DNA of 64,000 nucleotides from a virus (Duplodnaviria; Caudoviricetes): IMG/VR virus record IMGVR_UViG_3300011445_000020, positions 81 to 64,080 of that record; one strand, 5' to 3'. Shown piece by piece: positions 55,432 to 64,000 of this stretch (position 1 is its first letter; each line of letters starts with the position of its first letter). The notes under the pieces were generated by a model. It saw only the letters and a program-made list of their open reading frames with translations, ran no database searches and was not told where the DNA came from. The position numbers and the translations under genes were made by a program.

Positions 55432-56313
55432 TTACTCCTCCTCTGCGACCGCAGTCGCGCGTTTGGTCTTCTTCTTCGGCTTCACTGGAGCATCACCGCT
55501 GACTGCTGCCTCGTACTCCAACCACCACGACGAAGGATTCCGTTCGAGCACACGGCGGGCGAGCGGGTTCGCTGCCTCCTCGTCACTCGTGCGGAGCTTC
55601 GCGACGAACTTCCCGTCGTTCTCTGTGATCGCCACAACAACCGCACTGACATCTTCCTCACCCGGGATGATGAGTTCATCGCGCACGAGTCGAATGACCG
55701 TGCTGAACTGCGCCGGCAGGTAGTCGATCATCTGGCGACCCGGGTGTTGCGGACCACCGACCGAACCGCTCCCATCAGGAAGGGGCTTCGACTCCTCATG
55801 ACAGATGAAGATGATGTGCTTATCTGGATGACGATCGAACAGCATGTCGAGGTAGTTCTTCGACAAGCCATCCACACCCTGGTAGTCACCGCGATTCGGG
55901 ATCGCGATCCCTCCCTTTCCGATCTCACCAACCACGTAGTGCTTCTCCCGATCGAGCGATAGAGAGTTCGCACAGTAGCTGATCGAGTCGAGCGCAACCT
56001 TCGTGTAGGTATCCACGACCAGCACGCCGATGTCGTCATCGAACTCCATCATGCAGAACTGCATGAAGAGAGCCGTCGGATCGTCACCACGTGGTCGCAT
56101 AACTTTGACACGGTTGCGCTTGCTCTTCGAGATCGACTGGAGGAGCCACGAGTTCTTGTCGGCCGCGTAGTACGCAATCCGCCCCCAGGACTCGGGGACA
56201 GACAAGCCGAAGCGGGTCTTACCCACGCCGGCGCGACCGTAGATCATGATCCTCTCTTTGACGATCTCGTCGATCTCATCGCCTTCGAGAAAATCGAGAA
56301 CGTTCTTTGCCAT
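55432..56313 (-). CDS. AAA_24/Sak4-like ATPase (ssDNA annealing)
   Basis: IMIYGRAGVGKT, LVVDT, DY, IFICHE, GP. Confidence 0.8.
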   Translation of the reverse strand: MAKNVLDFLEGDEIDEIVKERIMIYGRAGVGKTRFGLSVPESWGRIAYYAADKNSWLLQSISKSKRNRVKVMRPRGDDPTALFMQFCMMEFDDDIGVLVVDTYTKVALDSISYCANSLSLDREKHYVVGEIGKGGIAIPNRGDYQGVDGLSKNYLDMLFDRHPDKHIIFICHEESKPLPDGSGSVGGPQHPGRQMIDYLPAQFSTVIRLVRDELIIPGEEDVSAVVVAITENDGKFVAKLRTSDEEAANPLARRVLERNPSSWWLEYEAAVSGDAPVKPKKKTKRATAVAEEE

Positions 56314-56329
56314 TCACTCTCCTACTTTG

Positions 56330-56512
56330 TTAGTTCGTGACGCCCCGACGGATGCGAGAGATCGTCTTGCGCGCCGAGTTGCGGGACGCGAAAAAGCGCG
56401 TGCGACTGTTGCGATCCGTCAGCGGTTCACCGTTCATCAGGATGATGTAGGTTCCGTTTGAGACGCCGATCTCGTACGTATCGACAGTCAGAGTGCTGGT
56501 GTTCTGCGACAT
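56330..56512 (-). CDS. Hypothetical protein
   Basis: GAGGAGG RBS before MSQNT. Confidence 0.55.
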   Translation of the reverse strand: MSQNTSTLTVDTYEIGVSNGTYIILMNGEPLTDRNSRTRFFASRNSARKTISRIRRGVTN

Positions 56513-56576
56513 CTGTTCCTCCTCGTGTGAGTGGGTGGTGCTCCTAGTGTATCTTCTCATTTTCCACAGCGTTCTG

Positions 56577-57596
56577 TCAAGCCCCATAGGCCGTGTTCAG
56601 CGCATGTTCGACCTGCTCAGGTTCGAGTTGCTCTCCCTTCCCGCGAAGCTTGTTCGCATGACTCAACGCCTTTCTCGCTTCCTCGCGTGAGACACCGAGT
56701 TCATTCAACTTCTTCGCGGTATGCCACATCACCTTGTGGCGACCCGGCTCAGCCTGCCCGAACGTCAGATACACTTGAGCAGTCCGTGTGAGATGCGGAT
56801 AGACATCCTGCCACGGGAGCCCACGAGCGAGCCCCCGGGGCGTCTCTGGATCGATGAGCGCCGTCTTCGGTGTCCCCTCGATGAGCTTCGTCGCGAGCCC
56901 CTTGTACACATGCACCGAGGGCTCAACGAGGTACGCCATCCGCCCTGTCTTGCGGTTGATCGTCCCCGGGCAGCGCATCACACGTGGCAAATCGCTGACA
57001 CTTGTGTCGATCCGACAACCGTACGTCACACCGAGAGCTTCGTCGAGCCGCTTGAGCCAGTAACCGTTGACGCGTCGTGCGACCGAAGCAACCGTGCCTA
57101 CTGCTGTGCACACTCCAGGAATGCGCTTGCTTTCTTCCGTAACGATGTCACCGGCGAACATGAAGCCCGGTAGCAGCATCGGAACGTCATCGAGCCTGAT
57201 CCACGCCTGCACCCCACGACCGCTATCGATGATGATCGGCGGGTGCTTGAAAAAGTCCTGGCCGCCCCATGAACCGAAGAGAGCGAGTGCTCCCCCGAGA
57301 GCGTTGTACGGTGAGTGCTCTTCTTCAATCGGGTCCATGTCGATCAGGAAATAGGACCAGTGTGTTACCTCAGCCGCCGTGTGACGTGCTCCCAGAGTGC
57401 TTCCTGTAGGGTTCGGTGCGACGTATACATTGCGGTCAACGTATGCTCGCGCGAACGCGACCAGTTCCCTGGGATTACGAGCGAAGTCGCCATCTCGCGC
57501 ATCACCACCTCTTGAAAAGCAACGAACGACACTTCCTGGGGGGTGAGGGAGGATGGACCAGAGTAGGTCGATCTCACTCTTCAGTGACCGGCGCAT
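56577..57596 (-). CDS. RepB-like (AEP) DNA primase
   Basis: VYVAPNP, IDMD, DSGRG.QAW, D...SDLPRVMR.PGT.N.K. Confidence 0.75.
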   Translation of the reverse strand: MRRSLKSEIDLLWSILPHPPGSVVRCFSRGGDARDGDFARNPRELVAFARAYVDRNVYVAPNPTGSTLGARHTAAEVTHWSYFLIDMDPIEEEHSPYNALGGALALFGSWGGQDFFKHPPIIIDSGRGVQAWIRLDDVPMLLPGFMFAGDIVTEESKRIPGVCTAVGTVASVARRVNGYWLKRLDEALGVTYGCRIDTSVSDLPRVMRCPGTINRKTGRMAYLVEPSVHVYKGLATKLIEGTPKTALIDPETPRGLARGLPWQDVYPHLTRTAQVYLTFGQAEPGRHKVMWHTAKKLNELGVSREEARKALSHANKLRGKGEQLEPEQVEHALNTAYGA

Positions 57597-58509
57597 AGGT
57601 GTCCTTTCGGTCCTTGAAGACCTCGACATCTTCGAGACTGATTTCGCCGATGAGGACACGGAAGTAGGGGTCTTCGCTGTTGCCACCGTAGCCTCCGTTC
57701 ATCTTCTCGTTGGGAGCCGGGATCACACCGCTCTCGATGATCTGCTTCATCTCCATCACGTGCTGCCGCATGGAGAACATCACCGCGCTGTGGAACCCGC
57801 TCTCCATGTCGTAGTTCACGATGTGCTGCCAGAACATCTCAGCCGGCGTCTTCGTGTTCTCGTTCTTCTTCCCCACGTTCGTACGGAACTTGAGCTTGCG
57901 AACAAGATTGAACTGCGTGCCCCCGTACTTCAGCACCTTGCCCTTCTTGTTCTTCTTCTTCGCGTACTTCTTCGCAAGGTGCTCGCCGTACAGGTGCTCG
58001 TGGTAACTCCGCTTCTGAAGACGCGCGTACGTACCGAAGTTCATCGAAGCCGCGAGCCCACGATTCTGCCGATGGTAGATACGGTCAGCAATCACGATAA
58101 CGTTATCGGGACGGCCACGCCACACGAGCCATGGAACCTCCGGGTCTTGATACTCGAACGGCTCTTCAACCTCCAACGACTCAGTCACCGGGTAGTGGTC
58201 AGTCCACAGGGGAAACGCCTCGATCATATCCTCGATCGTCTGCACCGCCTTATTGAGTGTCGGCTGAGACGACGGGTGCTCCAACCAGATGCCCCTCCGA
58301 AACTCCGCACACTGGCTCATCGCGATCTTCTCCAGCGGTTCTTCACCGTTGAAGTACGCTTCGAAGATCGTGTGCAAGAGCTTGCCGGCATCGAGTGCCG
58401 GGGAGGACGCAACTGGGACGCGATTCTGCACCCACTTGCACCACCACCTAAAGCGGCACTGAAAAAAATCTTGCACCGAAGACACGTTTACGTAGTACGG
58501 GTTAGGCAC
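57574..58509 (-). CDS. PD-(D/E)XK/Cas4-like exonuclease
   Basis: SS...F.QC...W, G..LH...E, VEEPF, GRPD; final motif divergent. Confidence 0.65.
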   Translation of the reverse strand: MPNPYYVNVSSVQDFFQCRFRWWCKWVQNRVPVASSPALDAGKLLHTIFEAYFNGEEPLEKIAMSQCAEFRRGIWLEHPSSQPTLNKAVQTIEDMIEAFPLWTDHYPVTESLEVEEPFEYQDPEVPWLVWRGRPDNVIVIADRIYHRQNRGLAASMNFGTYARLQKRSYHEHLYGEHLAKKYAKKKNKKGKVLKYGGTQFNLVRKLKFRTNVGKKNENTKTPAEMFWQHIVNYDMESGFHSAVMFSMRQHVMEMKQIIESGVIPAPNEKMNGGYGGNSEDPYFRVLIGEISLEDVEVFKDRKDTYAPVTEE

Positions 58510-58948
58510 GGTTAAATCTCCTGATCTGTTCAAGTCGTCTATCCTGCCACTGTTGACGACGTGGAGAGAGTCGTGTACGGTTTGATGTCATGCCCTCCAT
58601 TTCTTCTGCGATCTCAACTAGCAAAATAGCCTGCTTTTTCTTCGTCCGTAAGTAAGGACGGAGCAGACGGAGAACGCGTGCAGCCTGCTGTGTAGTCACT
58701 ACCCATCGATATGATTGCTTGTAGTGGGCGGCTTTCTTCTTCTCCTTCAGTACCGATCCTCGGCCGAAGAGCCGGGACAGATCGTAGATGGTCTGTCGAT
58801 GTGTCATCGCTACACTCAATCGAAGATCGAGAGAAGTCCAACCACGAGAGCCATCCCTGGCAACACGGCGTCCGTAAATAGAACCTTCTCCATCCACAAT
58901 CCCGGCCGCCCAAGCAAGATCACACTTGTCTAGTTCCCTGTTATGCAT
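58502..58948 (-). CDS. Free-standing LAGLIDADG homing endonuclease
   Basis: DLAWAAGIVDGEGSI...L.V.MT...FG.G...Y.W...PYLRTKKKQA. Confidence 0.85.
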   Translation of the reverse strand: MHNRELDKCDLAWAAGIVDGEGSIYGRRVARDGSRGWTSLDLRLSVAMTHRQTIYDLSRLFGRGSVLKEKKKAAHYKQSYRWVVTTQQAARVLRLLRPYLRTKKKQAILLVEIAEEMEGMTSNRTRLSPRRQQWQDRRLEQIRRFNRA

Positions 58949-60002
58949 TCGGCAAGCTGTCGTTATCAAGCAGGTTCCGCATCCCCGCACGGACATTCTC
59001 GATGCCCGCAGCGCCATCGAACTGCTCACCGCCTGCGCCAGTGTCCCGTTCGGCAGCCGGAGGCTGAATACCCGTCGGTACCGGAGGAGCCACAGTCTCA
59101 CCCACATTACGAGCGAGAGCCGCAGCGACCGCATTCTCCGCACGCATCGGAATCGCACCGGTCCCTTCCTCGACCTCGACCGCCCCACGAGGGAGCGCCC
59201 GACGGGCGAAGTCCTCGGCGGCAGCGATTTCAGCAGCAGCGAAATCGATCTCCACTTGCGACAGTGTCTCCTCACTCACATCTTCGCTCACGACCTCGGG
59301 CGGAGTCAAGCCCTCTTCCTCCGCGAACGCCAGCGCAGCGTTTTCGATCTCGGTCAACTCACCAGACTTCGGAGCTTCGATTTCCTCCGCCTTCTTGAGT
59401 GGGAGCGGATCAGGCAGGATGTACGGCGTCTGCTTCTGGAGGATCACCGAGCCTTTACCCAGGTTGCCCGGAAGGATCGCTGCAATCGACCAGCCGTCCG
59501 GTCCATTGACCATCTCGGTCAGATACTCGCCGAGGTTCAACGGCTCGGTTGCAGACTTGTCGTTCGCACCCGGGATGTTCACGCGCTTCCCGTGGCTCTT
59601 CGCGTCACGTTCGGTCGAGTAGAACTCCTGGAGTAGAGCAACCCATTTGACACCCTGCGGAGTCTCACGAAGCTGCGCCTTCGGGTAGAGGTGACGCACG
59701 CTATACGGAAGGTCATACTCCGACCAGTCCACATCAGTGCCCGAGATCGTCGCTCCCACCGGCTTATCACCTTCGAGCCCGCCGACCTGAGGCGGACTAT
59801 CAGGGTCCTCGGAGCCAGAGATGGTCTGCCCTCGCTTGGTGAGGAACTCAGCCATCTTCTCACGAATCTGCCGCATCTTCTCCGGGTCCACCTCGCGCAG
59901 CCCCTCGGGGACCGAGACGTCCGCCATCGTGTCCGTCGTCTCAGTCGTCGTGTCTGGCGGAGTCATCGGTTCCTGATCTTGTCCTTCATTGCTATCAACC
60001 AT
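58941..60002 (-). CDS. Acidic hypothetical protein
   Basis: AGGAG RBS, 353 aa, codon bias. Confidence 0.6.
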   Translation of the reverse strand: MVDSNEGQDQEPMTPPDTTTETTDTMADVSVPEGLREVDPEKMRQIREKMAEFLTKRGQTISGSEDPDSPPQVGGLEGDKPVGATISGTDVDWSEYDLPYSVRHLYPKAQLRETPQGVKWVALLQEFYSTERDAKSHGKRVNIPGANDKSATEPLNLGEYLTEMVNGPDGWSIAAILPGNLGKGSVILQKQTPYILPDPLPLKKAEEIEAPKSGELTEIENAALAFAEEEGLTPPEVVSEDVSEETLSQVEIDFAAAEIAAAEDFARRALPRGAVEVEEGTGAIPMRAENAVAAALARNVGETVAPPVPTGIQPPAAERDTGAGGEQFDGAAGIENVRAGMRNLLDNDSLPNA

Positions 60003-60177
60003 GTTGTTTTCTCCTCTTGGTTCTGATTCGGTGACAGTTAGCGCAGACGAGATCACATTTCGCGATCTCTTCTAGAAATGCCTGTTTTGAGCGCGACATA
60101 GACTTGCTGATAGAAAAACGCTTACGTCCTCTGACGTGGTCGAAATCCATGCACTCAGGCGGAATCACCATGTTCAA
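59995..60177 (-). pseudogene. N-terminally truncated HNH endonuclease
   Basis: MDFDHVRGRK...EIAKCDLVCANCHRIRT but lacks the first CxxC; paralog of 5975 and 49971. Confidence 0.6.
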
Positions 60178-60442
60178 TGATAGAGATCAACAGTGTCCCC
60201 TGGCGAAAAGAGATAAACTGTTCTCCGTTCTCACTAGTGCTACGGTCAGTCGGCTTGCCCAGACGGAGCGAGACCATCAGCTTGGCCCATGCGTCCGAGG
60301 GGGCGAAGACGTTGAGCACAGTCGGCGACTCAGCGTCATCATCATTCGTCACTTCGAGAGCCCACACTGCATCGGCGGGCAGCCGTTCAATCAGTAGCAG
60401 CGCGCTACCGATCGCCTCCAGTTGTTGTCGAAACATGCTCAC
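60155..60442 (-). CDS. Hypothetical protein
   Basis: GGAG RBS, GTGA coupling. Confidence 0.5.
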   Translation of the reverse strand: MSMFRQQLEAIGSALLLIERLPADAVWALEVTNDDDAESPTVLNVFAPSDAWAKLMVSLRLGKPTDRSTSENGEQFISFRQGTLLISIIEHGDSA

Positions 60443-61368
60443 TTTTTCTCCTCCGGAGGAACGAACCGTCGAGCCGGCCACTCATGAACAAGGTCCCCGT
60501 AGTCGCCCTGCTTCTGGTGCCACTCGTAGTTGAAGCTGAGTAGTCCCTCAATCATCTCCTCGTTGTCTGGGTCCGCAGTGAACCACACATCGTTACCTTG
60601 CCCTGCCCATGCTGCAAACTGTCCGATCTCGTTGTACTCAGCGGCCGTAATCTTCTCATCAGGGTCCGGTGCAAAGTTCGCCCAGTACTTCTTCCTCTCG
60701 GCGTCCCACGTGAAAGAAAGCAACCCCACACCCATGCTCCCGTAGCTGCGCGAGAAGCTCCAGATCGAACCGACTTCAGTAGTTCGAGCCAGCGAGGGCC
60801 AGAGCTTCCACTCCGGGCGCGTGAGCGTCCAGCAGCGGTCGGCCCAAGTGTAGTTCTCGTACGCCTCGATGTTCGTCTTCAACCACACCTGATCGCCTGC
60901 ATACTCCGAACCAACGTAGCCGAGCTTCTCCTTGTTGTTCGGCACCACGAGACAGTGGCCATCGAGTGGCTCCGCCCCAGGTGCACGCCAAAGGAGCCCA
61001 AGGTACGGCGACATCACGCGGCCAATGATCACCTCCGGCTGCCTGAGTTCACCCACGATCCGACGAATCTCATCGAATGCCCGAGGGAGGAAGATGTCGT
61101 CATCATCCTGGAGGACGAGCCAATCTCCCTTCACGTGCTTGAGTCCGTAGTTAATCTGCGAGTGCCCCCAGTCGCGCGTCTTCGTCGTCGCAACGTAGCG
61201 GAACGGCGGACCGATAAGCTCGACAAGTTCTGCCGTCTGCTTGTGGTAACCGTCCCCCACGATGAGGATGTCGTCGCCGGGGATCAGCCCTTGGTTCTGG
61301 ATCGAGTTGATCGTACGTAGCAGAGACGCGCGCCCAGGTGTTGCGATCACCACTCCGAGGGTGATCAT
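60439..61368 (-). CDS. GT-A (GT2) glycosyltransferase with extra C-terminal domain
   Basis: VVIAT.GR..L, ILIVGDG, N.GL....GDW...QDDDD. Confidence 0.85.
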   Translation of the reverse strand: MITLGVVIATPGRASLLRTINSIQNQGLIPGDDILIVGDGYHKQTAELVELIGPPFRYVATTKTRDWGHSQINYGLKHVKGDWLVLQDDDDIFLPRAFDEIRRIVGELRQPEVIIGRVMSPYLGLLWRAPGAEPLDGHCLVVPNNKEKLGYVGSEYAGDQVWLKTNIEAYENYTWADRCWTLTRPEWKLWPSLARTTEVGSIWSFSRSYGSMGVGLLSFTWDAERKKYWANFAPDPDEKITAAEYNEIGQFAAWAGQGNDVWFTADPDNEEMIEGLLSFNYEWHQKQGDYGDLVHEWPARRFVPPEEKK

Positions 61369-62438
61369 AGTGCGAAACTCCGAACCGACGCGATGATGTG
61401 GGCACGCTGCTCATCGGTCACCCACCACCCGCACGGGATGTTCAGGTGACACGAATCGTATTCATCGAGCCCGGGCAAGTCCCCGTTCGGAAACTTGTAC
61501 GCACTGTGGTGATCCACTCGCGCGTGGACCTGCGAAGACATGATCCCGCAGTTCTCCAAATGAAGCTTGAGCTTGTCGCGATCCTCCGGGTCGTACAGCT
61601 TGATCGGGAACACCCAGTAATTCGACGAGACAGAGAAGGGAATCTGCTCCAGGAAGGGCAGGTCCCCTAGCTCCGCCCAGAGCGAGCCTGCGTTAATCTG
61701 GTGACGGAGGACGACACTCTGGAGCTTCTTCAGATTCGCCAGCCCGATCGAGGCGTTGATGTCATTCATGTGGAACTTCATCCCCGCTTCCTGAATGTCC
61801 TGCGCACAACGAAAATCCTTCGACGATGTCCGGTCGAGCCCGTACCACCGGAGCAACCGGAGGGCTGCCCTCGCTGCTGGATTAGGCGTCGAGACTGCGC
61901 CACCATCACCGCAGGTCAGGTGCTTGATCGGGCCGAAGCTGTAGCAGATGAAGTCACCCGTCGCACGATCACCGATGAGCGGGCCGTGCGCTGCGTCCTC
62001 GATGACCGGAATACCCGTGGAGCAGAGGCCCGCGTAGTCGGGCGGCCGTCCGGTCCAGTTCACCGCGATGATTGCCTTCGTCCGTCGGTTGACCTTCATC
62101 GCGACGTCGAACTCGTTGATGTTACCAGTGGTCCGGTCAACGTCCGCCCACACCGGGCGGGCACCGACAGCGAGCACAGGTGCGATCGAAGCGACGCACG
62201 TGAGTGGAGGGCAAATGACTTCGTCTCCCGGTCCTACGCCCAGGTACATCAGGACGGCGTGGATCGAGGAGGTGCACGAGTTCATGCTGACGACGCCGTA
62301 CGGGGTGATCCGTTCGAGTTCCTTCTCAAACTCATCAACAACAGCACCCTGGCCGATGAAGCCGGAGTCGAGCACCTGGGCGACAGCATCTTTCGCAACG
62401 GGCGTCATCATCACCTTGAAGAGCGGAATATAGGTCAT
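61365..62438 (-). CDS. DegT/DnrJ/EryC1/StrS PLP sugar aminotransferase
   Basis: NSCTSS, GPGDEVI, VIEDAAH, SFGPIKHLTCGDGG, HMNDINASIG. Confidence 0.92.
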   Translation of the reverse strand: MTYIPLFKVMMTPVAKDAVAQVLDSGFIGQGAVVDEFEKELERITPYGVVSMNSCTSSIHAVLMYLGVGPGDEVICPPLTCVASIAPVLAVGARPVWADVDRTTGNINEFDVAMKVNRRTKAIIAVNWTGRPPDYAGLCSTGIPVIEDAAHGPLIGDRATGDFICYSFGPIKHLTCGDGGAVSTPNPAARAALRLLRWYGLDRTSSKDFRCAQDIQEAGMKFHMNDINASIGLANLKKLQSVVLRHQINAGSLWAELGDLPFLEQIPFSVSSNYWVFPIKLYDPEDRDKLKLHLENCGIMSSQVHARVDHHSAYKFPNGDLPGLDEYDSCHLNIPCGWWVTDEQRAHIIASVRSFAL

Positions 62439-63073
62439 GCTAGCCATCCTCCATCCACTGCGACCGACGCTCCGGTCATGTACGACGATTCGTCTGAGAG
62501 AAGGAACATCACGACCTTCGCAATCTCCTCCGGGTGGGCCATCCGCTGCAACGGTGTTCCGCCGTTAACGTACTCACGGTAACCCTGGCTAGTCCAGTAC
62601 GCCTTCGACATCTCTGTGTCAGTGAACCCGGGACGGACCTCATTGATCCGGATACCGTGCCGTGCGTACCGGCGAGCGGCGTTACGCGTCGCCATACTGA
62701 GCGCAGCCTTCGATGTGTGGTAGGAGAAGGACAGCCCAACCCCTGCGTCTTCGGCGTAGATACTGGTGATGTTGACGATGTGCCCTCGCTTGGCTTCGAC
62801 CATCCGAGGGAGCACATGACGCATGCCGAGTACCGGCCCACGAAAGTTGACCGCCATCACACGGTCGAACTGTTCAAGCGACTCGTGCCCCAGAGGATTC
62901 GTGAACCCGATACCCGCACAGTTCACGAGCGCATCTACCGGAGGTGTCATCGCCCAGTCGATCTCGTCAGCGACGTCGCCGACGAACCGCACCACCTCAT
63001 GGTCAGTGGCTTCTACGATCGCAGCTACAGCCGCTCCGATCCCCCGCCGCCAACCCGTCACCAAGATTTTCAT
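62435..63073 (-). CDS. SDR-family oxidoreductase
   Basis: TG..RGIG, LVNCAG, YHTSK, PGFTDT, VDGG. Confidence 0.9.
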   Translation of the reverse strand: MKILVTGWRRGIGAAVAAIVEATDHEVVRFVGDVADEIDWAMTPPVDALVNCAGIGFTNPLGHESLEQFDRVMAVNFRGPVLGMRHVLPRMVEAKRGHIVNITSIYAEDAGVGLSFSYHTSKAALSMATRNAARRYARHGIRINEVRPGFTDTEMSKAYWTSQGYREYVNGGTPLQRMAHPEEIAKVVMFLLSDESSYMTGASVAVDGGWLA

Positions 63074-63587
63074 GGTACCTCACGATCTCGTCGAACGATT
63101 CCTGTTGCGTCTGCTGCCCGAGCTTGACGAAGGGCGGGGGCCATGAGCACTTGATCGGTTGCACGTCACCCTTCGGCGGACCATCGTTCACCCAACCGAG
63201 GGCGTAGTCGATGTGCTGAATCGCCTTGTTGCTGAGGAGCAGTTCGCCCTTCATGTCCGAACCTGCGAGGAGGAGCGTCCGCTTGACGACTTCCCACCCG
63301 TAACCCTTACCTCGCGCCCACGAGGGCACGCCACACGAGGGCCACGCGAAACCATCGCGCATCGCGATGCGAGCGAACCCAATCGGTGAGAGTGCTCCGC
63401 TGCTGTTATCCATGAAGAGATAGTGGCGGATGTGCTCGCTGTACGTCCTGCGGTAGATTTCCTGCGCCCCCGGCGTGACCGGCTGTCGGACGCCAGTCAA
63501 GCCATCGACACAAGCATTCCGTACGTTGCGCAAGACCTCCCACACAGAAGGATCAGCGTTACGTGCAATGAACATCGTTCGAATCAT
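63003..63587 (-). CDS. GNAT N-acetyltransferase (PseH-like)
   Basis: LR.VRN, IGF.R, ARGKGYG, SN.A. Confidence 0.7.
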   Translation of the reverse strand: MIRTMFIARNADPSVWEVLRNVRNACVDGLTGVRQPVTPGAQEIYRRTYSEHIRHYLFMDNSSGALSPIGFARIAMRDGFAWPSCGVPSWARGKGYGWEVVKRTLLLAGSDMKGELLLSNKAIQHIDYALGWVNDGPPKGDVQPIKCSWPPPFVKLGQQTQQESFDEIVRYHENLGDGLAAGDRSGCSCDRRSH

Positions 63588-63871
63588 ACGCCCTCGATGA
63601 CCGCGAGGATGTCGTCCTCGTTCACGATCATGCACTCGGTCGTGCGCTCGTCCCCCGGGAGAACGACAGGGCAAGGGGCACCGACAAAGTCCTTCATGAT
63701 GATGAGGTCACCGACTTCAATGCCCCCCTGCTGTAGGGTACCGACAGCCCAGACGATCCCGTTCTTCGACGGCTTCTCCTGGATCGTGTCCGGGATAATG
63801 ATGTGTTCCGACTCCGCCTTCCGCTCCTCGATACGTTGCACGAGTACACGTGCTCCCATCATGCGAATCAT
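63584..63871 (-). CDS. groES: GroES-like co-chaperonin
   Basis: RVLV, IIIPD...EKP...G.V.AVG, VGD, EDDILAVIE. Confidence 0.85.
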   Translation of the reverse strand: MIRMMGARVLVQRIEERKAESEHIIIPDTIQEKPSKNGIVWAVGTLQQGGIEVGDLIIMKDFVGAPCPVVLPGDERTTECMIVNEDDILAVIEGV

Positions 63872-63970
63872 GAACCCTCCTTGAGAATCACGTAGTTGCT
63901 GGGTGGTCCGCTCTCGTTCGTCTCGAGCGGGATTTCCACGTACTCAGCGTTCCCCCCTCCATAGTCGCCC

Positions 63971-64000
63971 CCCTTACAACCATCATCCCACGTGCTCAAC
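63971..64000. repeat. Terminal direct repeat/assembly overlap, right copy
   Basis: cccttacaaccatcatcccacgtgctcaac; a minus-strand ORF (...LSTWDDGC(K/Q)GGDYGGG...KEGS*) continues across the junction to 63868. Confidence 0.9.

Noticed and set aside
54730-55962. Long antisense ORFs (e.g. 54730-55962 +, 26340-27449 -, 4745-5683 +)
   Set aside because: Shadow frames of GC3-biased genes on the other strand, with no motifs or RBS
58502-58948. LAGLIDADG as part of a group I intron or intein
   Set aside because: It has its own start and stop and overlaps intact neighbours; no split host gene or intein ends were seen
1-64000. Genome-wide stop-codon reassignment
   Set aside because: Core genes are intact in code 11, and TGA, TAG and TAA all end genes, often in ATGA/GTGA overlaps
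1-64000. Prophage or integration module
   Set aside because: No integrase, clear repressor or host genes were recognised, and the ends overlap as a circle

Overview
The window appears to be a complete, circularly permuted ~63.97 kb GC-rich tailed-phage genome: bases 1-30 repeat at 63971-64000, and one gene runs across the junction. It looks podovirus-like (P22-type portal, SU10/DUF5309-type major capsid, ejection proteins, no tape measure), and no integrase was seen. Two arms diverge at ~14.6-14.9 kb and meet at a terminator at ~45.7 kb. The + arm (15.0-45.7 kb) encodes packaging, virion and holin genes. The - arm encodes early proteins, NAD+ salvage (NadV/NatV), RNA-repair enzymes (RtcB, minimal CCA enzyme, RlaP-type nucleotidyltransferase), a tRNA/tRNA-like array, replication proteins, an endolysin, an amino-sugar/glycosyltransferase cluster and GroES. 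The main finding is three complete hammerhead ribozymes in tandem on the - strand at the start of the early transcript (13403-14236), each just upstream of a mini-gene RBS. Two of them share an identical stem II, so the 451-nt piece cut out between them could refold as a chimeric hammerhead and circularise. The phage also encodes RtcB, the ligase for hammerhead-type ends. All calls come from motif recognition and hand-folding; no database searches or folding programs were run.
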